Assembly (NCBI RefSeq): GCF_026210795.1
Contig: NC_089436.1
Coordinates: 2,356,001 to 2,420,000, forward strand
Reading direction: 5' to 3'
Origin: Rhizophagus irregularis
Taxonomy: Eukaryota
DNA: 64,000 nt
Made by a program: the position numbers and the translations under genes
Part shown: positions 26,461 through 39,967 of the stretch, one piece after another
How positions within the stretch are numbered: the stretch's first letter is position 1
How the letters are laid out: every line of letters begins with the position of its first letter
Notes under the pieces: generated by a model
The model's database searches: none
What the model was told of the DNA's origin: nothing
What the model saw: the letters and a program-made list of their open reading frames with translations, nothing else

Positions 26461-26755
26461 CCAAATTGTATTATATTAACAATTATTTTATATTATTACT
26501 TATAATAGATTTAAAATTTTTAATTATTATTTAGTTTTAGTTTTTCAAACATAAATTTTCCATAAAAAAAAAATATATATAATGTTTATAAAATCTGCTA
26601 ACAATCAATTTATTTATTTATAACAAAACTATATATATATATGTAAAATATAATAAAAAAATGTAATAATTTAATTACATCGTCTATATTTATAAAAGTG
26701 TGGTAAATTAAAATTATTATATTAATAGAGCATTAAAAAGTTGTGGTTTCAAATA

Positions 26756-28071
26756 TCATTCAACTTTACTATTAAGTTTTATTTCTTTCTTTGAAGTTGT
26801 ACTAATTTTAGCAACATAAGGAACAAACCCTAATCCCCATTTAATATTATATTCGTTTTCCTTATGTAATAATATTATTCTAATATAATTACTAAATACA
26901 ATCCAATAATAAGTACCAAACGCAGTGCCAATATGCCACCATCCATGTAATTCCAATAAATGACTTAAAGGCATACCTATTCTACGACGAGCTGCTATTA
27001 ATTGATGGCAAGCTATATTATCAACATTCCATAAGAAAAATCCAAGTCCAAACGTTGTCCAAGATGTAAACAATAATTTTTTCATAAGAATACGTGTTTG
27101 ACCTTTAGGTACTTGTGTTAATAAATAAATCGATCGAAAATTAAGTACTATTACTAATAATGCATATGATATTTGATGAAATACTGGATTGTTGATATAT
27201 AAATAAGCCGCTGTTACACTTAGTGCATATATAAATAAGGCTAATGGTAAAAATAAGCCGAACTTTCTTTTTTCTCCTGTTTCGAAACTATATGAACATT
27301 AATGAAGAAATTAGTTGAATTGCTTCAGAAATATAGTTATGATAGTAGTAAAGTCGCATACATGTCGTGTGTTAAGACACATGCTGCATAGATCACTATA
27401 TAGTTAAATAAGGAAGAAATAATTAGCATAAAAAGAATTCTTTTGAAATTTAAAATTTTTAAACGATACTTTACTTGGAAGTTCATCTAATAATTGAAAT
27501 TCATACAGCAAAGTCATATGAAACCACCAAGATCCTATCCCGATCAATGCAATTGCGGCATAGCCAAATGCGTGACGAAAAGGCAAACCACATTTGAAAG
27601 TAGTGTAAATACCGAAAATTGCCAAAGTGACTTAAAATCAACGACAAAAAAAAAATTATTAAAAAAATATAATCAATTATATTATAAAACATTTGTATGT
27701 TTAATAAATAATAGAAGTATAACTTACTAAAAATAAGATTTGTTGTAGTATTGATGAATTCGGCGATATATTTATGAACTATATAATTTTCCTTAAAAAT
27801 ACCAAGAAATAAAATGTTAAAGAATATAGGGCATATTTTTAAATACGAATAAAAACAAATAATTCACAGCCCACCAATTAATTTTAAAGAGGTGAATTGA
27901 TAAATTATAATTATTATAGTCTTACTTCGCACCAATCCAAAGTTGCCGTTCTGAAAAAAAGTGTGTTTATTATTAGATTAAAATAATAGCTAAATAAATA
28001 AAATAATGCTGTGTTTATTGAACTTACGTTTCTCCCCAAAAAGGTAATAGAGTTTCTTTCATTTCATTCAT
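26756..28071 (-). CDS. Alkaline (phyto)ceramidase, Ypc1/Ydc1/ACER3 family, multi-exon
   Basis: FWGETTATLDWCEENY...IAEFINTTTN, GIGSWWFHMTLLYEFQLLDELP, LWNVDNIAC, LELHGWWH (CREST-family motifs); ATG at 28071. Confidence 0.92.
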
Positions 28072-30218
28072 TGTGAAAAAAATTTAATTCAACATATATT
28101 TATATCAACTCTGAGAGAAAGGGTATAGCAATATCTCGTGATATTTATAAAAAAACCAGAATGGGCTGTGTAAAACAATGATTCAGTTTAGCCCCTACAA
28201 AATCTTTGCATCGCTCAAGATCTAGTAATATGTACTGATCACAGATCTACTGTGGCTGTAATGGTATCGTGTAATGTAATTTGATTATGCCTTCTTGACT
28301 GCACGTGGTTAGATACTTTATTATCATGTCATATAGGCTTGCCAATCCAATGTGGCTTTTTTTATTGTTTAATTTCCCGTGATAACAAATAAAAAATAAG
28401 CTTGTCGATCCCAATTAAAAAAAATTTGTGTTACCTTAATTATAAACGTTTTGAGATAATTTTACACTCGTTGCAATTGATTTTGTTATTTTTCTATACA
28501 CTAATTCTTGAAAATCAATGAAATGGTATTTTACCATATAAAGTTGTTTGATATTAATTGTTATACTCTTTTTATTTTTCTTTAATGTGATTAAATTAAT
28601 TTTATCGCTATTATATAATAAAGAAAGAATAAAATATTAAAATTATTGGTAATATAGCTTACGCGTTCCTTATATTATACTTAATGGTATAATGGCATAA
28701 TCTCTATTTAATAGTTTTTTTTATATTGAAATTAGAGTAGAGTTATTTAGGTATGTGCTAATTTTGAGTATTTTAAGTAATTTTTCTTGAATGAAGAGTA
28801 TAAAGCTAAAACTACTTTAGTGAATCTGCTGTATGCACCAATTTGTGACACGACCGTTATCAGCAGTTTTTCTCTGTTCGTCCTCAACAAGATAATAAGT
28901 TGGAACCAATTATTTACGCTATTTTATATTTTATTCATTTACTATTTTCTTCTTTTAAAACAATTACCATCTATAACATATTTTTATTTTTTATGATTTA
29001 TATTTTAATATGGCTCTATGCCCCAATTCTGGATAAACTGGGCCACTCGTTCTACTGAATTGGTACAGGTGTATAGAGAACACAAAAGAGGTACAATGAA
29101 AAGAAACAAAATAAAATATCTATAAACTTCAGTTTAATCCAATATCATATCTAACAATTATAAAGTTAAACTATATCTACTGTTTTTAAAACTTATAGCT
29201 TGAATCCTGAGTGAATTTTTTTTCTTTAACCATTATCCCATTAATCTGCTGCATCTTGTTACAATCTTTCTTCTTTAAGAAGTTTCTCTTCAAGTTGAAA
29301 GGAATGTATTTATATCAATTCAAGTTTACACAGCTTTTAATATACTTATAGTATTGCCCAAATTTTAAAGTACATACTACATAATTAACTTGCATTTTTT
29401 TCCTTTTTGTATTATTTTAAAAGATTTGACTTCTAGTTTAATTAGATTATAAGTGTAATTATTTGGAAAAGAGTTTCTGTTGTTATTGATTCAGAAATAT
29501 CTTTGGCTAAAACCAGGATTTCTTATGTAAATTACTAATGAAATGCAGTTTTTAAAAATTCTTTATTACAAACAAGGTAAAATATAGGGAAAAAATGGAT
29601 TTTAGCAATGTAAAAGTAGCTAATATTTTATAAAAGTTATACATTAATAAAAATTTTTTTAAAAAAACAATTACATTTAATTCAGATTATAATAATTCAG
29701 GCTATACTTGTAGTCAAAACTTTCTAATGCAAAGGTATCCAAATTTGAAATTAATGCCAAAATCCAAAATTATAGCCAAAACTTTATATAGGCCAAAATT
29801 ATTTTTATTATAGATTAAAAATCTGAACCCATTTTTTTATTATTTATTAATTATTATTTATTTTATTATGAAAAATTGGCATTTATTTATTTTATTATAT
29901 TATGTTATTTATTTATTAATTATCATTATACTTAATTATTATTATTATACTAAATGCTAAATTGCAAAAAAAAAAAAAAATTAAAATTACTATTTAATTT
30001 CCTCAATATCAAAATCTTTTCATTTCATATTAAAAATTCAAGATTTAATATTTATATCTAAAGTAATATCTAGAATCTAGATCATATAATTGAAATATAT
30101 TAATAAAACAATAATTATATCAATTATATATATTTTCATCATATATATAAAAATTCAAAATCATCAGCTTTCAGTTTATTACTAATTTTAACAATAGTAT
30201 TAATTATTTTTTTATATA

Positions 30219-30693
30219 CAGTCAGCCTCCTCTACAATCACACCCCTCAGGACCATCCAATGGTGTGATTATAATAAGGTGTGCCTATTGGTGAGGGTTA
30301 AATATATAATCACACATATATAAATTTTTAAGTAAACGTGATTATATATATATATATATATATAAAATAATTAAGTAAAAAAGTTTTATATGTAAAATAT
30401 ACCAAATTTTTGAAAAATAAAAAACTTAAATTTTTCCTCATGGTAAAACAACAAAATAATAAAATGAAACGCACAGTTATTTTATAAATCACGTGATTTG
30501 TGTGCTTATGCAGAGGAAATTTTACATATATTTACTATAATATATATGGGACCGACGTTTGGTGTGATTGTACTTATAACTAATAAAGTGATTATAAAAG
30601 GGGTATTTATATATAAAAAAATCTGGACTAAAAAATGTGTGCCTTAAGGAGAGGAGTTCTTATATGGGAGATGCCTATAAAGGGGGTCGACTG
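30219..30693. mobile_element. Non-autonomous Tc1/mariner (pogo/Tigger-like) MITE, ~475 bp
   Basis: TA|CAGTCAGCCTCCTCTA ... TAAAGGGGGTCGACTG|TA: imperfect CAGT...ACTG TIRs flanked by TA on both sides; internal GTGATT/GTGCCT sub-repeats. Confidence 0.75.
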
Positions 30694-32379
30694 TATAGAA
30701 TTTTCCGAAGTATTTAATAGTATAGTAAAATAATTCACATTTAGCATTTGTAATATAACAAATAACTGGAAATTGGAAAAAATAAGTAAAAATAAAAAAA
30801 GATTGTAAAAAATAAAAAAAGTATGTGGATTTATAAGTTTAAACTTTAAAGGATAAAGACAAATTACAAAAAAAAATATTTTAAATTTAGATTGATTAAT
30901 TTAATGATTTTAAATTTTTAATCTAATAATAGTTTTATTTTTAGATTTTAAATTTAAATGAAATTAAAAGCTATTTTGCTTAATTCATCATATTATTCCT
31001 AATGTGTGAAAAATAAAAATAATATAAATTACTTGGTTAATATTTTGTAACAACTTAAAATATTGTTATGATCTTCATCATTAACTTCATTCTTCATACT
31101 CTTTAAAATCTCTATAAGACAGTTAAAGTCTTCATTTTCCAATTGAATTTTAAAATAATTCCATTACTGGGTAATTATATTAGAAGTAGTTATTTTATCT
31201 AAGAAAAAGGACTTTATAATGGAATGAAAATTTTGGCTGATAAGCTAATAATTTAAGATATAAAAGTTTTTGTTAGCTTTTGTTAGTATATATCTAGTAA
31301 AAAATAAGCAATTATAATTTCAAATTTCATATACTTTCCTTTTAAATGATTTGCAATTTCTCTATTCATGTTTTCTCTGAGCTCAAGTAGAACCCCGAGC
31401 AATACTGAAATAGATAACAAGAAATAACGTGTAAAATAGACTAAAATAATCATGAAAATCTTTCCTTTTTTAGATAAATTTTGATAATATTAGTAAGAAA
31501 TATATTACTTTATTTAATAACTGACTGACATTATCATAATTCTGACCCTGAAAAAATGCGTAAAGCTAATAGTAAATTTTTACCAATTTCCTATAACATA
31601 TTTATATATTATTTGGGGTCCTGCTCAAGTTTATGTTAAGTAACAAATCTTTAGGCCAAAATTTTATTTTTGAGAATAAGAGCATATGGAATGTACATTA
31701 AAGATCTCAACATTTTCAAATATATTGGAAGGCAATGTATATATAAACTTTTTTTTTGTCTAACCGCTTAATATTAAGACTTGGCAACATTATATAGACA
31801 TTATTCTATTTAGAATATTTCGTCTATTTTACTAAATCTTATTCTACTAAATGTTATAAGGAAAAAATTTGAAATATTTTGAGAAAATCAGTTTATATAT
31901 GAAATTATTTTGTCATACAAGTATAGTTTTATAAATGATTTGTGAATTATTACATATTACATCATATATACTTTAATGAGAATCTGAAAATATACTAATT
32001 TATGTTGCACATGCCAATAATGCATTATAGCAGAGTGAAAGTAAAAAAAATAAAGTGTAATCCTAAATTTAGTTATGGAGTAGTAGTAAAAAAATATTAT
32101 TGATTTTTTAAGTATTTTTCATAATAATAAGCAATAGTAGATAGCAATTTAAACAAAAAACTTTTGTGAAAATTCAATACCCCATATGCTATATTATTCA
32201 ATTGTTATCTTAACTGATATTTCTTAACTTTTATCCATCTACTAGAAGAACAATAAACATATTTCTTATATGGTGGGTTAATTTGATTGGATTAATTATT
32301 CCAATATATTTTGAGTAACTTTTTCTAAATAAAGCATAAAACTCATTGCAAGCTAAAGCATACTCTTTTTGCATTTCAA

Positions 32380-33910
32380 GATTAATAACCATCTGTTCTT
32401 TTCTAAGTATATCTAAGAATTTCTTTCTATCAGGAATACCATCATTTCTTATTTCTCAAACTTGTTTTGTCAAAATTTAGGTCTTTTTTTATAATTTATG
32501 CAAATACTGCTAGATAACTGTTGCATAGAAATTTTCAAAACTATAATGATAATAGTATTTACTATTTAGGAATTAAGAATCCCCAAGATTTCTTCATTGA
32601 CCTTTCTAAACTTCTTAAAAAATACTTTGTTATAGATTAGAGGATCTAACCCAGAATAGGCAGATCATGCATAGCGATTTTTATCCTGCAAGTAATATAT
32701 TTTACAATTATACTAGGTAATCATACATGCAGATTATATAGTACAAAAAAACATGTTATTGAAATATTATTTAGTCAAAAGTAATAATCTATAATTAAAA
32801 CATTGCTCAGAATTGATAAGTCAAAACAGTTAAACAATTGTGATTTCTGCCCCATCTCTTAATCTTATTGTGGTACCTTTTGGCTAATTAAGATATTTGT
32901 GGATGGTAATAAGTTATTTTGTTTTGCAAACAGAGATGAGATAAATATTTTGTTTGTATTACCCTCTTTTGATCTACCAATCTGCGAAAAATAGAGTGGA
33001 TGCATCTTTTGGCTATTGTTCACGATCTGATGAAATTCTAAAAGGACACATTTCTGTCTTTTAGCTAACTCTTACTGTAATTATTTTTCAGCTAATTCTT
33101 GTTGAGATAATCTATCAGCTAATTGACATTTCTTATAATCTGACCAACTTTTGGCATAATAAAAGTCAGCATGTCTAGAATGATACCTTCTTGAACAAAA
33201 ACTCCAAATTCCATGCTATATCTATAATCAAAATTAAGCATATTTAGAAACTTCTTATCCTCAAGAGTGTTATCCTTTCAAGTTTCAAACTGCTTCCCAA
33301 ACTTGTTTTGCCAGAGTTTTAGGCCTTCTCTTATAATTTTGATAAGCATTTTGGATAAGTTGTGCACCCCCATCCTTAGTTTTAGCTTTGGAGCATTCAG
33401 TATTCCAATGGTGTTTCATTAAATTTTTAGATTTAATCTTATATCTATGCTTGTGCCATCCATTAAAATATGTCTTTTTTGGTTTTATATCAGTAATCTT
33501 TACTAATTTTCAGCAATTGAAATAAATAGCCATATTACTCTTATGGATTCTGAGCTGATGATAGTCAGAATTAACCATCTTGCCATTCTCGAATCCTAAC
33601 ACTTACAGCCCATGCATGTATCATACTTCCACTCTATTCTGATTATTTTTTTGAAGTTAGTATCATAACAATAATTTACAATATATACGCTAACATATTT
33701 CATATCATATTCAGGATGATTATTAATAGGTTTAGATATAATCTTATTAAACTGCTCATCTAAAATAATATTAAAAGCTAATCCAGACATGTTTATTAAC
33801 GAATTGGTTGATTTTATCGATTTATAGTAATTCTTTATCAACTTATACTTATGAATATCATGATTCAAATTCGTCACAGACAGCTTTATAATATAGTACT
33901 TATACACTTT
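32380..33910 (-). pseudogene. Degenerate gene with an internally repeated module (YKRRP..LAKQVWE...N...D.KKFL)
   Basis: Two diverged copies of the module at ~33240-33370 and ~32410-32510; multiple stops and frameshifts. Confidence 0.35.
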
Positions 33911-34139
33911 ATGATTTATTTCATGCTTAAAACCTCACTATAGTACATTTGTAGCATACTCACATACTGTGTATTTATTTCTATAATTAAAGTTTTTCCA
34001 ATGCATAAAGTTAACATAATGTGATACACTAAAATTGAAAACCAGGAGACCTTCACATGTGCGTTATACACTTACACTATTAATACTTAAAATATGATTG
34101 CAGTAATGCACAAAGATGAAAAATAAAATGTCATATAGA

Positions 34140-34779
34140 TAGAGCTTAGATCCAGATTATCCGTTGATATTCACTGAATATGTCCGTTCAAAGGTTATAA
34201 ATCCAGATATCCAGATATCAATTCTAAATATTAATCTGGATGGTAAAATTTGGATATTTATAGAATATTTATTGAGTTATTTTTAAATTTTATTCGTATT
34301 CTAATTATGGCCACCAGATTCTAAAAGAACCTTAAAAGCTGAATTATTGTTATTGTTGTTGTTTCGTCATCTATATTTTAACATTTATCAAAATCTAGGT
34401 AATTCTCAATATTACTATCTACTGTACTTCTATTATATTACGTTTTTGGCTAGTAGACATCCTGTTTTTTTAAGCTTTTTTTGAAATAACTCTAGACTAC
34501 TTATTCAGATGGGAATGTTAATTAAACTAATTTCATTCCAAAAAAATACATATGGCCATATGGGATTAATATTAAGTAATATTCCATTGTTAAAATTTTA
34601 TTACATCATGTTTACATTATATTTACATTATATCCTAAGATATCTGGATTATATTCAGTGAATATCCTATTTTCTTAAGCAAAATCCAGATATCCTATCT
34701 AAAAGTGAACAGATATATCTATAATTTTAGGATATTCACTGAATAATCCATTAGGATCATTTACCGGATCTAAGCTCTA
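34140..34779. mobile_element. hAT-type MITE, 640 bp
   Basis: TIR TAGAGCTTAGATCC / GGATCTAAGCTCTA; exact 8-bp TSD CATATAGA at 34132-34139 and 34780-34787; subterminal ATATCC/GGATAT repeats. Confidence 0.9.
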
Positions 34780-34829
34780 CATATAGAATATGCAAAATAA
34801 TTTGAGTTTAACAGAAGTATAATGACTGT

Positions 34830-36050
34830 TCAATGCTAAATCCTTGCTTTCTTAATTTTTTTTGCAGTCATAAATCATAATGCTCTTAGTTTTCTTTGTA
34901 TTAGTAGTGCTCCTAATTTTCTTTATAGTCGCAGTACTTTTAGTTTTTTTCGTAATCACAGTGCTTTTAGTTTTCTTGACGCTTCCAGTAGAAGAATTAA
35001 TCATTTTCGTAGTCATCTTCTTAGATCCACCTTTACTTCACATAAAGTCTTTTATTGTTTTCATACTTTCAAACAATAAACACTAATTTACAAGAAATTG
35101 AGAATGTTAGTTTTATGATCTTTGTATTTTATTTCTTCTGAAACCTATTTATACAAACCTCATATTCCAATAAGCCCATTACTGTTTTATGAACTTTTGC
35201 CATGTCCACTCATGTCTTAGGTAACGGAAATGTTGATATTACTTCCATAGTATAGATTTCTGTATATTTTAGTTGAAACTCATAAATAGTCAGCTCATTT
35301 ACTGTAAAACACAGAGTTAGTAATGGTAACAAAAATTAAGAGAGGAATTCAGAAATCAGAAATCAGAACTTACTATATAATTGTAGCCCATATAGCTTGA
35401 CCAATGTGATATCGGAACTTAAGTTAAGCTCCACAAACTAATTCATTAAAGTTTTTAGTATCTTTGCAATTTTCATCTGAACACCTATCAATTTTTTTTC
35501 TGTTAGATTAGCATTTATCATCTGCCTTACCAGAATTACAATCTCTTACATTTGCCTTTAGTGTATGAAGCACACCAATATTGTTTATTTTTAGTAAAAA
35601 ATTCAGAGAGGATGGGCGCCAAAACATTGATTATGTATGTTCCTTTGAACATCAGGTCAAGAAGCCAATTCACATTTTCCATTAGTTTTATCCTATAAGG
35701 TTAGTCTTATACTTTCATTAGTCATTAGTCTTATAGTCTCATTACATTTTTGATGAAGTAATATACTCACATGCGACTCACGAATTCTAACGCATAGACC
35801 TTCTCAAATGAAGTAATATTTTCTTCTTTTTGTTATTTTAATTTCTCTTTAGTGATTTTGATATCACAATCAATCACATTGTCCAAAAATATCTTAATAT
35901 CTTGCTCCATATTATCTTTTGTTTTTTCTTTTTTTCTCCTCATATCGATACGCATCTGTTCAACGATACTTTAATCTAGCGTATTTAAGAAATCATCCTT
36001 ATAATTAGAATTGAAGAAAATAATGTTATAATATTCTGGCTTCATTTTTG
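34830..36050 (-). pseudogene. Degenerate multi-exon gene of an expanded family with a K/T/S-rich repetitive tail
   Basis: Exon remnants such as TIYEFQLKYTEIYTMEVISTFPLPKT* bounded by GT/AG; STTNTKKTK-type repeats at ~34880-34980; many stops. Confidence 0.35.
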
Positions 36051-37085
36051 GCAGATTTTCGTCAAGCTGATATTGTATCAGACTTTCTCTGATACAAATC
36101 CTATTTACAATCCAGTTGGTGCTTTTTCTGCCAACGATCATTTGATCTGCATTATATTCGTCATTCTTCTCTTCTTTAATATCTCGGTATGCTTTATTCC
36201 TTACAATTCAGTACTAAAGTACAGTTGGATTTTTTTATTAACCAGAAGGACGAGTTGAATTATATAAGCAAATTACTAAAGTACAGTTGGAAGTAATTTA
36301 TATCTTGACTAAGTCACATCATTAGTGGTCACATAATAACTTCCGCAGTTGTTATGTCACAGTAGGTCTGATCATTCAGAATTTTGATCAGTTTTTAGTT
36401 AAATAATATTAATTAATAAATTGGTGTAATTCAATTAGTGACCCAATTTTTCTGAACTAAAAAAAAATGGAATTATTTTGATCATATTTTAAAATAGGCA
36501 AAGCACAACAAAAACAAATATGCTGATTGGTTATTTGAAATTTTTTTGCAATTAACGATCTGTATACTTAATTTTAATTTTAATCATATGTTCAGATTGG
36601 CTAACGGATTTTGCAATCAAAAACCTGAACAATTAGTAATAAACTGGCCTAGTGACACAGTCTTTCAAATTGAAATTTAAGGCCAGCGATATTCAGAAAA
36701 GCAAATTAAATGATTTATAAAACAGGGTATTCTGTTTTTTCTGAAAAAACATATTTTTAAAGGAGATCCAACCAGGTTATATATTTTTTTTTATTTGTAT
36801 ATCATTGCTACAATGTTATTTTTTATATTAATAAAGTTTATAACATAACTTTGAATTATGAGAGTTAGTTTGTATACTGCAATAAAGTAAACATAAATCA
36901 ATATATAACTGTGGAAATTCAGATATATAGCGCAATATTCACATTATGTGAAAGTCATAGGTAGGACCTCAGATCTTGCATGTGACCAAAATGCTCTTCA
37001 ATTGTTCGAATTTGTGGATCAGTAAGCTTTGAAATAGCTTTACACTATATGATATGAACAGTTTAATCTTATCTACTCCAATTCT

Positions 37086-37451
37086 CTAAAACAACTTAAA
37101 AATCTTCACAGCTTTTTGAGTTTTTTTACATAAAGTATCCTTAGTAAATCTATCAGAAAGATGTTCCATTATATTATCATACACTTGATTTCTTGCTGAT
37201 TGATCACTAACTCCTCTTTGAGCATTCTTAATTTCTTCAACTTTCTCTTTATACATTTTCACATAATAATACCAACACAAAATTTCTTTTTGAATTGCTT
37301 TTGTAGCACATATCTCTGCTCTACACGCTTTTTGGAATAGGCAGGCTAAAGTCTTAGGTATTGAAGCTTTTAAATTATCCTCAGCTACTTCATTATTTTT
37401 AATAGTTTCTCCCCTAACAGATGTAGATAATTCTTGCAATAAGCCCTGCAA
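37086..37451 (-). pseudogene. Fragment of a helical hypothetical-protein family (KTLA..FQKA.RAE...EILCWY...TQKAVKIFKLF)
   Basis: 121-aa ORF ending in a premature stop, with decayed sequence on both sides; resembles an expanded Glomeromycotina family as I recall it. Confidence 0.4.
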
Positions 37452-37659
37452 AATATAGTGCTCATAGCCATGAGAGGGCTAGTTTCACGATTTTGGTTAG
37501 AAGTAATTGGCATATACATGTCATCAGTAAGTAAAACTTTATATATTCTAATATATTTCCAAAATGGTTAATTATTTTTTTCAATAGATGTAATAAAGAA
37601 GTAACAGCAAATTTAGTTAACAAATCATAAATGAAAAAAAAGCGAATATGTATCTAAAA

Positions 37660-38055
37660 GTGAAGCATTCTTCGTAATCTATATATAAAAAATTGGAAGA
37701 AGACTTTATCTTTTTAAATATATACTCGGATATATCATCCAAAGTAATTTTCTTCAGAAATATTATATAAAATTATAAAACTGAAGAAGACTACCTTTAT
37801 ATTATTAGTATGTATCCAAATATGTCATTTAAGGTATCCTTCTTCAGAATTTTTATATAAAATAATGGAAAAAGAATACCCTATTACTAGTATGTATCTG
37901 GATAACTGCATAATTTATTATATAAATATTGGCAAAAGTCTCCACTCCATTTTCATCTCAAAGTATATACTTATATATGGCATAAAACCTTCTTTGTAAT
38001 CTATATATAAAAATTAAAAGAAGGCTTTATCTTTTTAGATATGTACTCAAATATA
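37660..38055. repeat. Degenerate ~75-90 bp tandem units, each with a CTTC...GAAG inverted stem
   Basis: ~37668-37735 recurs at ~37987-38055; related units at ~37745 and ~37835. Confidence 0.5.
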
Positions 38056-38798
38056 GTATAAATGGGCTGGTCATAATAGGATCCTGAACAATATATATAA
38101 ATGTAGGTTTTGAGTTTGATTAGCCAACATATAAAAATTTTTTCTTATGTGAGATTTATTATTGCTTATTTGATAACGTAATTTTAAAATAGTCAGATAT
38201 AATTTGCGTAGTAGAGTATTAAATTATTAATAGTCAGATATATATTTGCGTAGCAGGATAGATTTTTTTAATATATATATAATATAATATATATTTTACA
38301 TTTTTCACATTATCACCGTTTTCAAATTACTGTAAACTGCGGCTTGTCGATCATTTTATAAATAAACCGAAAATGTGTGATTTTTGTAAAACTGTACTAG
38401 TAAAACTTTACGTTTCACATATAAACATATAAATATTTTTTGATCTGCATAACACCTAGCTATTCTTGTATCACTTTTAAGTGTTTTTTCAGTCTTTCGT
38501 TCTATTTTACTGGAAGATTTCTGATGATTCAACACTGGGTATAGTAACGATTTTACACCATATATTGCGAAATCTGCAATTGTATTGTTTATTCAATAGA
38601 AATATTGTACGCAAATGTTATGTAATACAAATAATAAAGTTATAATATTTATATTTTTCTTTTTCTTTTCTCAGATCTCTATTTTGTTTTTCCAGATTTC
38701 TACTAAATCTACATTAGGTATGGTAATAAGTTTTATGATATTGTAATTATTAGTTTATTCAACTAAAATATGTGTCTGGAATATTAGTAGAAAGCCCT

Positions 38799-39922
38799 AT
38801 GCCTACAGAAATTAGCGAAGATTTACATTGGCGTGTTGTGTATCTTTATAATAATGATTTTTCTATCATAGATATTGCTAACACATTGTATGTTAGTAAG
38901 AGCTTTGTGATCAAAATAATAAATTTATATGTAAAATGGGCGTGTGTTACCAGTCCAGTTAAAGGAGTTCCTGGCAGAAGAAAACTATTTAGTAGAAGCT
39001 GAAATGTGTATACTCCAAAATCTTGTAAAAGACAAAGTTGACTGGTATTTAGATGAGTTAGTTTATGAGATGGAAAATCTTACAGGTAAAAGAGTTTCTG
39101 TTTCAGCACTTTGGAGATCACTTTATTATTTAGGAATTACTCGAAAAAAGGTATTGAAATAATCAATTTTAATAAATCAATTAGAAAATTGAAATACTCA
39201 ATAATTATATTTATTTTTTTTACAAAAGTTGCAAAAAGCAGCATATGAAAGAAGTGAACTTATGCGTGCACATTATTTAGATGTAATTGGCGAACATTAT
39301 ACTTCAAATCAGTTGATTTTTCTTGATGAATGTGCTAAGGATGAGAGAAGCTTATCAAGATTATATGGGTATTCTCCTCACAATACACGTGCATGTAAGA
39401 AAGTAGTATTTGTACGAAGAAAGCGATATACAATCTTACCTGCTCTTACATTAGATGGATTTATTACTGTTGATGTATTTGAAGGAGCATGTGATAGAAA
39501 AAGATTTGTTGATTTTGTGCTTAATCAAGTAGTATGTAATATTACGTTTATATAGAACTTTATTTTGTATTTTATTATTTATATTTTATTATTTATAAAA
39601 TTTATTGTCAATATAGGTGCCTGTGATGAATCCATATCCTGGTGATAATAGCGTAATTATAATGGATAATGCTAGAATATATCATGATGCTGAACTTATT
39701 TCATTGATGGAAAGATTAGGATGCCGTGTAGTTTTTCTTCCACCTTATTCTCCTGATTATAACCCAATTGAAACAGCATTTTCAACTATCAAATTATGGA
39801 TTAAACGTAATCATGATTTTATGGAGGTTTGTGATGATTCAATATATGCTTTATTAGTTGCATGTAGTCAAATTACTCCTCAAATGGCACAATCATTTTT
39901 TACATCATCAATTTATTTGTAA
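38799..39922 (+). pseudogene. IS630/Tc1-like DD34E transposase (HTH plus DDE_3), 3 exons, one frameshift
   Basis: HTH region, FLDECAKDER, IMDNARIYH-(34 aa between D and E)-FLPPYSPDYNPIE; introns at ~39151-39228 and ~39530-39616; one extra base near 38997. Confidence 0.85.
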
Positions 39923-39967
39923 ACTCAATAACCATATTTTATTATACTTTATTTTTGAATATACACG

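Noticed and set aside
4910..28071. U12-type (minor) introns
   Set aside because: No GTATCCTT or ATATCCTT donor was seen at the exon boundaries I inferred.
38980..39005. Programmed frameshift as in bacterial IS630
   Set aside because: The shift needed is +1 with no slippery heptamer or downstream structure; a 1-bp insertion or sequencing error is simpler.
38799..39922. Bacterial or endosymbiont IS630 contamination or recent horizontal transfer
   Set aside because: It has two GT-AG introns and host-like AT content.
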